Source of the DNA: Hemiscyllium ocellatum
Taxonomy: Eukaryota
Length of the DNA stretch: 64,000 bases
Assembly: GCF_020745735.1 (NCBI RefSeq)
Contig: NC_083410.1
Location: forward strand, 3,322,117-3,386,116
Direction of reading: 5' to 3'
Shown: one piece after another, positions 62,430 to 64,000 of the stretch
How the letters are laid out: every line of letters starts with the position of its first letter
Position numbering within the stretch: position 1 is the first letter of the stretch
Position numbers and translations under genes: made by a program
The notes under the pieces: model-generated
Told to the model about the DNA's origin: nothing
What the model saw: the letters and a program-made list of their open reading frames with translations, nothing else
Databases searched by the model: none

Positions 62430-64000
62430 AGAACATAGAACATTGAAAAATACAGCGCAGTACAGGCCCTTTGGCCCTCCTTGATGTTGCGCCGAACCAA
62501 GCCCACCTAACCTACATTAGCCCACTATCCTCCATATACCTATCCAATGCCCGTTTAAATGCCCATAAAGAGGGACAGTCCACCACTGTTACTGGCAGGG
62601 CAGTCCATGAACTCACGACTCGCTGAGTAAAAAATCTACCCCTAATATCTGTTCTATACCTACCGCCCCTTAATTTAAAGCTATGCCCCCTCGTAATAGC
62701 TCACTTCATACGTGGAAAAAGCTTCTCATGGTCAACCCTATCTAAACCCCTAATCATCTTGTACGCCTCTATCAAGTCACCCCTAAACCTTCTTTTCTCC
62801 AATGAAAACAGCCCCAAGTGCCTCAGCCTTTCCTCATACGATTTTCCTACCATACCAGGCAACATCCTGGTAAACCTCCTCTGCACCCGTTCCAGTGCCT
62901 CCACATCCTTCCTATAGTATGGTGACCAAAACTGCACACAATACTCCAGGTGCAGCCGTACCAGTGTCTTATACAACTGCAACATGACCTCAGGACTCCA
63001 GAACTCAGCTCCTCTACCAATAAAAGCCAGAATGCCATATGCCTTCTTCACAGCACTATTTACCTGGGTAGCAACTTTCAAAGATCTGCGTACATGGACA
63101 CCAAGATCCCCCTGCTCATCAACACTACCAACTGTCCAACCATTAGCCCAGTACCCCATCTTCTTGTTACTCTTACCAAAGTGAATCACTTCACACTTAC
63201 CTACATTGAACTCCATTTGCCACCTTTCTGCCCAGCTCTGCAGCTTATTTATATCTCACTGTAACCTGCCACATCCTTCCTCACTGTCAACAACTCCACC
63301 GACTTTCATATCATCCACAAACTTGCTCACCCAACCTTCTAGCCCCTCCTCCAGGTCATTTATAAAAATGACAAACAGCAATGGTCCCAAAACAGATCCT
63401 TGCGGAACACCGCTAGTAACTGCACTCCAAGATTAACCTTTACCATCAACTACTACCCTCTGTCTTGTTCCAGCCAGCAATTCCTAATCCAAACCTCTAG
63501 CGCACCCTCAATGCCATACCTTCGTATTTTTTGCAGTATCCTACCATGGGGAACCTTATCAAATGCCTTACTAAAATCCATATACACCTCACCTACCACT
63601 TTACCCTCATCCACCTCTTTAGTCACCTTCCCAAAGAATTCAATAAGGTTTGTGAGGCACGACCTGCCCTTCACAAAACCATGCTGACTATCCTTGATCA
63701 CATTATTCCTATCCAGATGTTCATAAATCCTATCCCTTACAATTCTCTCTGAGACTTTGCCCACAACAGAAGTGAGACACACCGGCCTATAGTTACTAGG
63801 GTTCTCCCTACTCCCCTTCTTGAACAAGGGAACCACATTTGCTATCCTCCAGTCATTTGGCACTATTCCTGTAGACAACGAGGACATAAAAATCAAGGCC
63901 AATGGCTCTGCAATCTCCTTCCTTGCTTCCCAGAGAATCCTAGGATAAATGCTATCAGGTGCAGGGGACTTATCTATTTTCACCTTTTCCAGAATTTCCA
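62430..64000 (-). mobile_element. CR1-clade LINE of the same young family, frameshifted, running off the window edge
   Basis: ORFs 63453-63983 and 62701-63216 closely parallel 58151-60205. Tail agaacatagaacattgaaaaatacagcg at ~62430. Confidence 0.92.

Overview
Eukaryotic, repeat-rich genomic DNA, very probably from a shark. This is inferred from HE1-type V-SINEs, CR1/HER1-like LINEs and Penelope-like elements. The left end (305-6733, +) holds the last recognisable exons of a ZNF395/ZNF704/SLC2A4RG-family gene (C2H2 finger plus C-terminal C-clamp), with a young CR1 and a ~2 kb minisatellite in one intron. The most interesting content lies among the transposon debris at 17.6-49.3 kb: five related antigen-receptor-type V exons. 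Four already include a J-like G strand and splice donor in the germline, all with a 6-residue CDR3, and I found no RSS by eye. One (17632-17967, +) is intact, three (-) are pseudogenes with independent lesions, and one (-) is a 5' half. A signal-peptide-like exon with a lost start codon, a 44-nt mini-exon and several very degenerate C1-like remnants suggest a decaying cluster of non-rearranging VJ(-C1) receptor genes; PRARP/VJC1, UrIg and NKp30 are the precedents to test. The rest is mobile DNA: a Penelope element with an open RT+GIY-YIG frame, 13-bp TSD, inverted termini and a hammerhead ribozyme; hammerhead-bearing pLTR fragments; a near-complete CR1 ORF2 broken by one base; Gypsy gag/RT/integrase remnants; a solo LTR; and SINEs. 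All translations and coordinates were read by eye, no database search was run, and repeat boundaries are approximate.
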